This document shows, piece after piece, positions 6,830 through 14,963 of a stretch of 21,114 nucleotides of DNA (its first letter is position 1; every line of letters starts with the position of its first letter). Made by a program: the position numbers and the translations under genes. The DNA lies in NCBI GenBank assembly GCA_048938295.1, contig JBHLMI010000038.1, forward strand, positions 1 through 21,114. Reading direction: 5' to 3'. This DNA is from Promethearchaeota archaeon (GTDB lineage Archaea > Asgardarchaeota > Hermodarchaeia > Hermodarchaeales > Hermodarchaeaceae). The notes beneath the pieces were generated by a model. The model was not told where the DNA came from. It was given only the letters and a program-made list of their open reading frames with translations, and ran no database searches.

Positions 6830-7891
6830 ATGAAAGCCCTCATCCTTGCCGGCGGTATCGGTACACGACTCCGTCCCCTAACGTGTACGCGCCCTAAACA
6901 ACTCCTCCCCCTTGCTGAATCCACCCTCATCGGTTACAATATCGGGCAGCTCACCAAATCAGGAATCAGGGAGGTTATTCTTGCGACCGGTTATAATATT
7001 GAGCAATTTCGAAGTGAGCTTGAGAATGGCACTAACCCCGATGTAACCTTGCACTTTTCTGTTGAATCCCACCCCCTGGGAACCGCGGGAGCGATAAAAC
7101 ACGCTGAACCCTACTTACAAGACGTAGAGCAGTTTCTCGTTCTAAACGGTGATATCGTCTCGGATATAGCCTACAATCATATGCTCCAATATCACAAGGA
7201 CCACCAAGCCATGGCCACAATTGCCCTGTATCGTGTCGAAGATCCTAGTCGGTACGGAGTAGTTGATGTTACCGCCAATGGACAAATACACCAATTTGTT
7301 GAGAAACCTCCTCCAGGTCAAGCCCCCAGTAATTTAATCAACGCGGGCTGCTATGTACTCGATTCTGCTGTTCTTAATCAAATTCCACCCAATCGAGAAT
7401 TGTCAATCGAATACGAAGTATTCCCCCAACTTTGTCAATCCACTCAAGTCTACGGTTGGGAACACCACGGAATCTGGATCGACACAGGTACCCCCGCCTC
7501 CTTCCTTGAAGCCCATCAGGTCCTCCGTGGAAAAATCGGAAAAACGCCACAGATCGGAAAAGACACGAAAATCGCCTCTTCAGCCCAGATTGCCTCCGAT
7601 GTCACGATTGGTAACCACGTGACTATAGGTAATAATACAAAGATCTCCAATGCCGTCATATTCGATAATGCCATCATTGACGCAGAGGTTATTATCCACC
7701 AGTCAATCGTTGGCCAAGGTGCCATCATCGGCAAAGCGTTAACTCTAGACGACTACACTGTCATTGGTGACGGTGCCATTCTTGACACCGGAGCCGTTAT
7801 CCCACCGGGCTCAATCGTATGTCCACAATGTCGTGTCAAAAAGGACGCATATCCTCCCCATTGTTTTGTCAAGAACCTCAAATCTCTCTGA
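6830..7891 (+). CDS. NDP-sugar pyrophosphorylase, most like mannose-1-phosphate guanylyltransferase (GMPPB/Mpg1 type)
   Basis: MKALILAGGIGTRLRPLT..RPK, PLGTAG, VLNGDI, PSRYGVV, FVEKP, NLINAGCY, SIEYEVFP, WIDTGTP, and C-terminal hexapeptide repeats. Sugar specificity is inferred. Confidence 0.88.
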   Translation: MKALILAGGIGTRLRPLTCTRPKQLLPLAESTLIGYNIGQLTKSGIREVILATGYNIEQFRSELENGTNPDVTLHFSVESHPLGTAGAIKHAEPYLQDVEQFLVLNGDIVSDIAYNHMLQYHKDHQAMATIALYRVEDPSRYGVVDVTANGQIHQFVEKPPPGQAPSNLINAGCYVLDSAVLNQIPPNRELSIEYEVFPQLCQSTQVYGWEHHGIWIDTGTPASFLEAHQVLRGKIGKTPQIGKDTKIASSAQIASDVTIGNHVTIGNNTKISNAVIFDNAIIDAEVIIHQSIVGQGAIIGKALTLDDYTVIGDGAILDTGAVIPPGSIVCPQCRVKKDAYPPHCFVKNLKSL

Positions 7892-7900
7892 AGACTCGGT

Positions 7901-8563
7901 TTACTCACTGGGACTGGCAGCGATGAGAACTCGTGCCCGCCGAGTGGTGGCAATCAAAATACTACCAAGGGTAATCACGGCAAGTACAACGGTCGTGGGA
8001 ATAAGGGTAATCCCAAACGGAGTGAAATTCAAGCCAAAAGCCACTAACACAGCCAATGCAATGCTTAAGCCACACGAAAGAGCAAGCCTTTCCCAGCGAT
8101 CAATGAAACGCTCAAAGGGGAAAAGAGCACGGATAAATGCAAATCCAGGCACAAAAACCAGCAATAATCCTCCAAATATCCAACGCAGTACCACGGCAGG
8201 GAACAGCTCCACAGGGATGAAAAAGACCGTTACCACCCCAAGCACCAATAATAGTAAAGTGATCCACAGATCCAATGCCAATGTACTGCGTAAATATTCC
8301 CAAATACTTGTTACAGGCGTCATCACCGTTTCTTCAGAAGCGCCAGGCAAGTTCAAGAGCACCTGCCCTTCTTGGGCCAGATCTTTGATCATTCGAGTCG
8401 TTACCCCTTCTGGCACCCCTTTGGTCTTTAGATCTGCCACTACCTCTTGGACGGTGGAAAAGCGGCGACTGCGAAGCGCTTCGAGAACTAGTTCTCTGAC
8501 GGTCTCAGGAACATAGGTGTCTTTTTCACGAAGCAGCATGAGGAGTCCATCCGCGGTCATCAT
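7901..8563 (-). CDS. DUF1616-like membrane domain (about 4 TM) with N-terminal winged-helix-like domain
   Basis: LRWIFG..LLVFVPGFAFIRALFP, ERLALSCGLSIAL and LNFTPFGI are typical of the DUF1616 TM part. The soluble N-terminal ~75 aa has a helix-helix-helix-strand pattern. The start may be ATG 8539. Confidence 0.75.
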   Translation of the reverse strand: MMTADGLLMLLREKDTYVPETVRELVLEALRSRRFSTVQEVVADLKTKGVPEGVTTRMIKDLAQEGQVLLNLPGASEETVMTPVTSIWEYLRSTLALDLWITLLLLVLGVVTVFFIPVELFPAVVLRWIFGGLLLVFVPGFAFIRALFPFERFIDRWERLALSCGLSIALAVLVAFGLNFTPFGITLIPTTVVLAVITLGSILIATTRRARVLIAASPSE

Positions 8564-8611
8564 TAACCAAAGATTCTTTTAACCTTTGAGTCCCCTATTG
8601 TTTCGAACCAT

Positions 8612-9151
8612 ATGCAGCGCCGCTATTCCGTCTTGATCCTGGTTATCCCCCTTCTGGCAATAAGCCTAGGGCTATTCTCACAAGGTGTAAGATTATTTCC
8701 CGTCACTGCGATCCATTCCCAGCCCAGCCAGGCACAACAGGCCATTGACGCAGCACAAAACGCCATCAATGCCGCCTATATCAACCTAGTCTTCGCCGAT
8801 AACGCAGGTTCACTGATTACCGATCTTATCGGAACACTCAATGGCGCCATCACCGAGTTGAACCAAGCCCGTAACGCCTATGCAGCAGCAGACTATGCCA
8901 CCGCCATCACATTGGCTGAAACTGCAGAATCCACCGCACACGCCGTGAGCAATGAAGCCCATCTGCGCGGTGTCACAATCACCGCGCAAATTCAAGCCCA
9001 AATCGTGTTCATCTTCGCTGTTATTCTAATTTCAATTCTGGCAAGCTACTTTGCCATTAGCCGGTGGCACCAATACCGCAAACAGAAACAGCGCGAATTC
9101 TTACGAATGGAAATCCGACTTCCCGATGACGAGGAGGAGGAACAATCATGA
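8612..9151 (+). CDS. Hypothetical membrane-anchored helical-bundle protein
   Basis: N-terminal signal/TM, Ala-rich amphipathic helices (QAIDAAQNAINAAY...LNQARNAYAAADYATAI), a C-terminal TM followed by a basic stretch, and an acidic end. ATGA overlap with the next gene. Confidence 0.8.
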   Translation: MQRRYSVLILVIPLLAISLGLFSQGVRLFPVTAIHSQPSQAQQAIDAAQNAINAAYINLVFADNAGSLITDLIGTLNGAITELNQARNAYAAADYATAITLAETAESTAHAVSNEAHLRGVTITAQIQAQIVFIFAVILISILASYFAISRWHQYRKQKQREFLRMEIRLPDDEEEEQS

Positions 9152-9651
9152 GACGATTCACCCAAACGATTCTCACCATTATCATGTTTGGCATCGTCTT
9201 AGCCACCGGCACACTCTTGGTGTCGGTATGGTTTCTGCCCCCTACCGAACCCACCCCCTCCATTGCCATGCTCAACGAAGATATGGAGGCATCAAATTAT
9301 CCAACAAACGTCTCGGTTAACACCAACATCACCCTCAACATCGAAGTCTCCAACTACATGGGCGTCGTCCAGTATCTGTATGTACGCATGAAATTAGCTA
9401 ATGAGACCACGATGGCAACTGCTGCAAATCCCTCGTCTGCTCCAACAATCCAGCAATTTGAACGACTTGTTCCCAATGGAGGGACTTGGCGCTTCCCAGT
9501 GACCCTTAATATGACTACTCCGGGCATCAATTACCGTTTGACCTTTGAATTATGGCGTTATGACCCAACAGCAGACGAGATTGTCTGGATCCGTGGCCCA
9601 CTAGGGCGGGGCCTTTGGATTCATCTGCCCATGAATGTCACAGGACCCTGA
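9148..9651 (+). CDS. DUF1616-like extracellular beta-sandwich protein with one N-terminal TM
   Basis: TM segment then EPTPSIAMLN...ASNYPTNV, VSNYMG and YRLTFELWRYD, resembling the soluble C-terminal half of DUF1616 proteins. Several NxS/T sequons (NVS, NIT, NET, NMT, NVT). Confidence 0.7.
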   Translation: MRRFTQTILTIIMFGIVLATGTLLVSVWFLPPTEPTPSIAMLNEDMEASNYPTNVSVNTNITLNIEVSNYMGVVQYLYVRMKLANETTMATAANPSSAPTIQQFERLVPNGGTWRFPVTLNMTTPGINYRLTFELWRYDPTADEIVWIRGPLGRGLWIHLPMNVTGP

Positions 9652-9671
9652 AGCGATCTGGGTGAAAAGAC

Positions 9672-10841
9672 ATGACCCGTCGGTTACACATCACACAGGT
9701 GGTCCATGACTTTCACCCTGTCATCGGCGGCTTGGAAACCTACGCATACAATTTGGCAAGGGGCCTCATTGACGCTGGGCACACCGTCACCGTCTACACT
9801 GCCAGAGTGCCCCATACTCCGAGTTATGAGCACTACCATGGTATCAATATTCACCGACTTCGTGCCATCGCCCGTCCTTTTAATTTCCCCCTTCTCCCTG
9901 GGCTCTTCCGCGCCTTAACACGACAGCGATGTGATATCCTCCACGCCCACATCAACTCCCCCATGACAGTCGACCTCACCGCCTTCGCAAGTCAACTAAC
10001 GAAGGCCCCCCTAGTGGTCACCTATCATGCTGACGCCCTGATCAGCGATATTGCTGCCAACACACCCTTTTTCCGTACCTGGCTGGACCAAATCTATCGA
10101 CGCGCCTGTCGACGCGTTGCGAACATCGCACAACAGCTCATCGTCACCTCACCTCTCTATCGCAACACTTCCCTTTTCTTACAGGATTACCTTCACAAGA
10201 CCACCGTAATTCCCGCAACGGTCAATCCATTCTTTCTCAAATCCAGACTCAGCCCACTTCAAGCCAAAGACAGCTTCGGCTTCAAACCAAACACAACGCT
10301 CCTGCTCTTTGTGGGACGCTTAGTGCCCTACAAAGATTTACACACCCTCCTCCGTGCCTTCCAGCACGTTCACCAACAGGAATCCCAGGTCCACCTAGCG
10401 CTAGCTGGGTCAGGTCCACTGAAGCCTTCACTCCAAGACCTCAGCACGCAATTGGGCATCTCACATGCGGTACACTTTCTCGGAATTTTACCCCGTCGAC
10501 GACTTCGCGACATCTACACTGCTTGTGATATCTTCGTGTTACCGTCGCGTTCACGATCAGAAGCCTTCGGAGTCGTCCAGTTGGAAGCCATGGCACAGGA
10601 AAAACCAGTAGTCGCTACCACTATAGGGGGCATACCCTATGTGGTCCGTCATGACAAAACCGGACTCTTGGTTCCCCCCTCTGATGTCACCATGCTTGCA
10701 CAAGCACTGCTTCGATTGGTGCAAAATCCCCACTTACGTGAAGAACTAGGCAAAGCGGGTCGGAGGCGGTTGCTGGAGCATTTTACCCGTGAAAGCACTA
10801 CTCGAACACTCGAAGCCGTATACTACAAGATTCTCCAATAA
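9672..10841 (+). CDS. Glycosyltransferase family 4 (GT-B fold)
   Basis: FHPVIGGLE, FVGRLVPYKD and EAFGVVQLEAMA.EKPVVAT.IGGIP (Ex7E motif). SD GGTGA upstream. Confidence 0.93.
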   Translation: MTRRLHITQVVHDFHPVIGGLETYAYNLARGLIDAGHTVTVYTARVPHTPSYEHYHGINIHRLRAIARPFNFPLLPGLFRALTRQRCDILHAHINSPMTVDLTAFASQLTKAPLVVTYHADALISDIAANTPFFRTWLDQIYRRACRRVANIAQQLIVTSPLYRNTSLFLQDYLHKTTVIPATVNPFFLKSRLSPLQAKDSFGFKPNTTLLLFVGRLVPYKDLHTLLRAFQHVHQQESQVHLALAGSGPLKPSLQDLSTQLGISHAVHFLGILPRRRLRDIYTACDIFVLPSRSRSEAFGVVQLEAMAQEKPVVATTIGGIPYVVRHDKTGLLVPPSDVTMLAQALLRLVQNPHLREELGKAGRRRLLEHFTRESTTRTLEAVYYKILQ

Positions 10842-10860
10842 CAGAATCCACAAGTGTAAG

Positions 10861-12495
10861 TCATGGCGAAGGTTCATCATGTCGGCTCATTCGTTCGACG
10901 AGCCACGAGACTGGTCGTGACACTGGATGAAGTTCTTCACTCATCCGAAGCAAAGCGAATGTATCACCCGCATCAAGTACTCGACCCCGAATCAGCATCC
11001 ACAGATACACAATCGCCAATGGAACAGCAGTTAGAATAAGGCCTATCTGGAATAACCACGAAACAATGCCTGCGAGCCCCCAGACCGTGATGGCTACCGA
11101 TCCGCTCCATAAAATCCCAAAGGCGCCGAGTGCCACAATCGCTAATACACCCAAGGTTTTGGGAAGGAACCCAAACTCCACACGCGATTCTGTTCGCCGC
11201 TGATACAATATGATAAACACGACAAAGAAGGGAATGACCACCAACCAAATCAGCGCTACCACCACTTCCCGCCAAACGGGAGTAAGAAACCACAACACCA
11301 TCAAAACGACTACAGTCCACACTGCATTGGTGGCTAAAACGGATCGAATCCGTCCCAATCCAATCAGAGTGTCTGAAAACATCACAACTAGCGGATAGAT
11401 GAGAAAACCCCCAGTCATAAGGACAAAAAATGGCAGCGCAACCAAACCTTCAGTGGCAAACATCACAATCAAAACCGGCGCAGCAAAAAAGACTGAAATC
11501 ACCGTAACGAAGGCGGCTAACAGCACACCAAGTTTCCATGCTCGGTTCATATACCCTTTAATCGTGGTCCACGCACGTTGTGCTGCATCACCAGCAGCCC
11601 GTGGCATCAACACACGGAACGGGGCAGATAACCCCTGCTGAATCCAAACCGCCACACTTAACGCTAATCCTAGCCCTGCCAACACCACATCTGAAGTGCG
11701 ATGTTGATTGGCAATAAGAATCGGCACATACACCAACACGGCTCCCAAGAGGGCCAGTGCCAGCCCTTGGGATGCTGTCGACGTCATCGATCGAATAGAA
11801 GTCACCCTTGCTTCCCCTTTTGAATCACTACGATAGCTTCGAAGGAGTCGTTGTAGCACTCCAGCTTCATAGGCGATTGTTAATCCAGATGCCGCAAAAT
11901 TCGCTATGATTACGGTCAGCAAAGTCATGGTGCCAGTCAGAAACAGGACCACTAGACCTGCAACATATGCTCCATGAAACAGCCCCATGGCAAAGGTGCA
12001 ATATCGCATTTCCTGCATGCCCCGAAAGGCTCCTTGCATCACGGTGCTAGCCGCTGTTAGGATTATAGTCCAGAGAGCGAGTTGGAGAAACGGAACCGCA
12101 TAACTAGGCACAAAAAAGTCCTGAGGTAAAATCGCCACCAACACATACATTACCGCGACGATACTCAAACTAGTGACAATGGTTGTCAGCACGGCGACAC
12201 CGATATTGCGTGTCAACATCGAAGACTGGGTACTGACCACCTCAGGAACATGTCGCCGTAAAGCCACATCCATCCCCATGGCCCCCAAGGGGATGAGCAT
12301 ATTCACCCACGTGAACACCAAAATAAAAAGATAGAATTCATAGACTGGTGTTTGGGGCAACCCTCGCACAATCAAAATCGAAGATAGAATACCAAACAGG
12401 ATCACCAACACAATCGTGATGGCTTCTGCTACGATATTTTGGGTAAACCGATTAGACGGACTACTTCTCTCTAAATCTACGGTTGCTCTAGACAC
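10861..12495 (-). CDS. Oligosaccharide flippase / polysaccharide exporter (MOP superfamily, Wzx/Rft1-like)
   Basis: About 13-14 hydrophobic segments, G(M)DVAL.RHVPE loop, QGAFRGMQ, and LIGLGR in the second repeat. Lies between two GT4 genes. Confidence 0.8.
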   Translation of the reverse strand: MSRATVDLERSSPSNRFTQNIVAEAITIVLVILFGILSSILIVRGLPQTPVYEFYLFILVFTWVNMLIPLGAMGMDVALRRHVPEVVSTQSSMLTRNIGVAVLTTIVTSLSIVAVMYVLVAILPQDFFVPSYAVPFLQLALWTIILTAASTVMQGAFRGMQEMRYCTFAMGLFHGAYVAGLVVLFLTGTMTLLTVIIANFAASGLTIAYEAGVLQRLLRSYRSDSKGEARVTSIRSMTSTASQGLALALLGAVLVYVPILIANQHRTSDVVLAGLGLALSVAVWIQQGLSAPFRVLMPRAAGDAAQRAWTTIKGYMNRAWKLGVLLAAFVTVISVFFAAPVLIVMFATEGLVALPFFVLMTGGFLIYPLVVMFSDTLIGLGRIRSVLATNAVWTVVVLMVLWFLTPVWREVVVALIWLVVIPFFVVFIILYQRRTESRVEFGFLPKTLGVLAIVALGAFGILWSGSVAITVWGLAGIVSWLFQIGLILTAVPLAIVYLWMLIRGRVLDAGDTFALLRMSEELHPVSRPVSWLVERMSRHDEPSP

Positions 12496-13640
12496 GAGAG
12501 ATACACTCCTTCAGTCAACTCAGTTGTACGGTTCCAATTGTGGTGTTCATGAACATACGTTTGACCACGGTGCCCCATCATCTGCAGCTCGGTGCGTCGA
12601 GGTAACCAACTTTCCAGGAGTTCAGCCATCCCCTCGAGTTCGGGGACCTCCATGGTAATCCCCCATTCGCTCTGCAAAAATTCAGCCACGCCACCGACCG
12701 CTGAAGCCATCACCGGTGTTCCCGTGGCTAAGGCTTCCAATAGTGAGGTGGGCAGGGTTTCGGTAAGAGAAGGAATCATAAACAAATCCAACGACGCCAT
12801 AAACGCGGGCATCTCTTCATGATCAAGACGCCCAAGAAAGTGTAGCTTCCTTGCACTAGTGCCTTTGGTTAATTCCATCCACCGATGATACCCCGCCGCT
12901 TCTCCAGCCACCAGTAAATGCAACTGATCCACGGACTCTAACTGGATTACCGCCTCCAGTAACTTATCAAAGCCCTTATCTGCAGTCAAAGCTCCTGCAT
13001 ACCCAATCACAAAAGCATCCGTTGACAAATTCTGCTGCTTACGATACTTCGGCTCCACACCCGAATGAAAACTAGAAACATCAACAGCATGGGGCACATA
13101 TACAATCCGCTCTCGTGGCACTCCCTCCTGCACGAGCACCTCCTCTGAACGATGAGTCAAACAGATTATCCGAGTAAAGGATTGATGGAGCGCCCGGGAC
13201 TCTAAGAATCGAAACAGCTGGGCACGACCCATTCCCCGCTCCAACCGTGACCATTGAGCCTCCACATGGGATAACACTGACGCGACAACCGGCACACCCA
13301 ACTCCTCTCCCGCACGTAGGGCGGCTTCTGATGCGATTGGTTGCACCGTATGTATGATATCCGGTTTCCACCTGCGTGCAAATTCTCGAACCAGTGGTAC
13401 ATATCTTCGCCTAAACAGGAACCGCCGAAACAACGTCGAAACCGACCGACTTCGGAGGTCCGAAGCCACCGGTAATAATCCCACCGTATTCGAGGACGCA
13501 AATTCATCATCCTCCGGGGTCCCACTCACAATGACGACCTCATGTCCCCGTTGCAGCAACCCCTCACTCAGCTGAGCCCAATAACGGGGCCCACCACCAG
13601 CCCGTTTTGCGTGCGACTCAACCACCATCAGGATCTTCAC
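12477..13640 (-). CDS. Glycosyltransferase family 4 (GT-B fold)
   Basis: (M)KILMVVE, PDIIHT, IGYAGAL..DKG and ETLPTSLLEALATGTPVMASAVGG. GTG 13640 is preferred (GGTGG upstream); the ORF extends to 13667. Confidence 0.92.
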   Translation of the reverse strand: MKILMVVESHAKRAGGGPRYWAQLSEGLLQRGHEVVIVSGTPEDDEFASSNTVGLLPVASDLRSRSVSTLFRRFLFRRRYVPLVREFARRWKPDIIHTVQPIASEAALRAGEELGVPVVASVLSHVEAQWSRLERGMGRAQLFRFLESRALHQSFTRIICLTHRSEEVLVQEGVPRERIVYVPHAVDVSSFHSGVEPKYRKQQNLSTDAFVIGYAGALTADKGFDKLLEAVIQLESVDQLHLLVAGEAAGYHRWMELTKGTSARKLHFLGRLDHEEMPAFMASLDLFMIPSLTETLPTSLLEALATGTPVMASAVGGVAEFLQSEWGITMEVPELEGMAELLESWLPRRTELQMMGHRGQTYVHEHHNWNRTTELTEGVYLSCLEQP

Positions 13641-13689
13641 AGATGCAACCACCACACACATCAACAAAATAGGCTAATCGACGGAATCG

Positions 13690-13697
13690 TTATAAAA
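13690..13697. promoter_or_regulatory. TATA box readable on both strands between divergent GT4 and slyD
   Basis: TTATAAAA on the plus strand, TTTTATAA on the minus strand. Confidence 0.55.
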
Positions 13698-13743
13698 GCT
13701 TAGACAAGCCTGTTACATGTATCATTTGGCAAAGTGAACAGAC

Positions 13744-14550
13744 GTGTCCAAACCCAAAACCCCGAAAAAAACCGCAAAAACAACCAAACCCAAGGCCAAA
13801 ACAAAGCCCTCCACTAAGAAAGCTGCACCTCCGGCCCCCATCAAAGCAGGGGACTTCATCTTAGCTGATTTCGTTGGATACACCCAAGAAGACCACCGCC
13901 TCTTCGATACCACCAAAGAGGACATCGCCCGCGCCGAAAACGTCTACGACGAACAAGACACCTACACCCCCCGCCTTCTCATCGTCGGCCAAGGCTGGAT
14001 GGTTCCCGGCGTCGACGACGCCCTCATCGGCATGCACGTCGGCAAAAGCAAACATGTCACCTTAGAACCCCAACAAGCCTTTGGTCTCCGTGATTCCCAA
14101 CAAGTCCGCATCATCCCCCGCGCCCGCATCAAAACCGACAAGAAACTTGTCCGCGGTATGCGCGTCACCATCGGCAACCAATCCGGCACCATCCGCCACG
14201 TCGGTGGCGGCCGCGTCACCGTCGACTTCAACCCCCTGCTCGCTGGCCACACCATCGAATACGACATCACCGTCACCAAACGCCTTACCAGCGCCAAAGA
14301 AAAACTCGAAGCCTTCCTTTATCGTCGCTTCACCGGTGTCGACAAAGAATCCCTCACCGTTACCACCAAAGGCAAAACCGTCACCATCGCCATCAAAGCT
14401 GACCCTCGCATCCTCCTCAACCAATCCCTCCAAATCTGGAAACTCGGCCTCACCCACGACATCGAAACCCACATGAAAGACAAATACACCAAAGTCTTCT
14501 TCACCGAAGAATGGGAAGTCACTCCTAAGAACTCAACAGCCCCCAGCTAG
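13744..14550 (+). CDS. slyD: FKBP-type peptidyl-prolyl isomerase (long archaeal SlyD/FKBP26 type) with Lys-rich N-terminal extension
   Basis: GDFILADF.G...LFDTT, PGVDDALIGM, AFGLRD and VTVDFNPLLAG..IEYDI motifs, plus an extra C-terminal domain. Confidence 0.92.
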   Translation: MSKPKTPKKTAKTTKPKAKTKPSTKKAAPPAPIKAGDFILADFVGYTQEDHRLFDTTKEDIARAENVYDEQDTYTPRLLIVGQGWMVPGVDDALIGMHVGKSKHVTLEPQQAFGLRDSQQVRIIPRARIKTDKKLVRGMRVTIGNQSGTIRHVGGGRVTVDFNPLLAGHTIEYDITVTKRLTSAKEKLEAFLYRRFTGVDKESLTVTTKGKTVTIAIKADPRILLNQSLQIWKLGLTHDIETHMKDKYTKVFFTEEWEVTPKNSTAPS

Positions 14551-14635
14551 TTCCTCAACTCCTATGCCAGCAACTTTCTTATTCAACCAGCTTATCTGAT
14601 TGACTTTGTATCTAATTCTGAAAATCCCTATTTTC

Positions 14636-14752
14636 TCAGATGAATTCTTTTGCCCGGCGAATAAGTCGCCTCGTAAAATACACTCCCCCTAAGATCAGAA
14701 TGATCCCAACCCTCCACAATACATATTCTTCGAAAGGCGGAGCAATAGCCAT
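14636..14752 (-). CDS. Possible 38-aa single-TM small protein or gene remnant
   Basis: MAIAPPFEEYVLWRVGIILILGGVYFTRRLIRRAKEFI: a hydrophobic helix followed by an Arg/Lys cluster. No SD. Below the ORF-track cutoff. Confidence 0.25.
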   Translation of the reverse strand: MAIAPPFEEYVLWRVGIILILGGVYFTRRLIRRAKEFI

Positions 14753-14963
14753 CGGATAAAACGCATATGCACGAACTGTACACTGAAAGAACCTATTATT
14801 GGCAATCCGATGAATCTCTACTCATTCTGCCCATACTAAGAGTAGCACTTTCTAAGCCAGCTTATGCCGTTGTAGAAATTAAGGCTGTTCAAAATCGTTG
14901 AACACCCTATATTTTCGTGTTCTAAAGTTTAGATTAATGACGCAGATGATAGAAGGGAAATGT

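Noticed and set aside
7764-8516. 250-aa plus-strand ORF
   Set aside because: Antisense shadow of the DUF1616-like membrane gene, with Thr/Asn/Ser-rich composition typical of reverse-complemented hydrophobic codons.
13861-14522. Several overlapping ORFs across slyD, and similarly 16394-17430
   Set aside because: Stop-poor alternative frames caused by extreme C/G skew. The recognised genes explain the sequence.
14800-14860. In-frame TGA upstream of the small minus-strand ORF read as selenocysteine
   Set aside because: No redox motif, no recognisable SECIS, and an in-frame TAG lies only ten codons further upstream.
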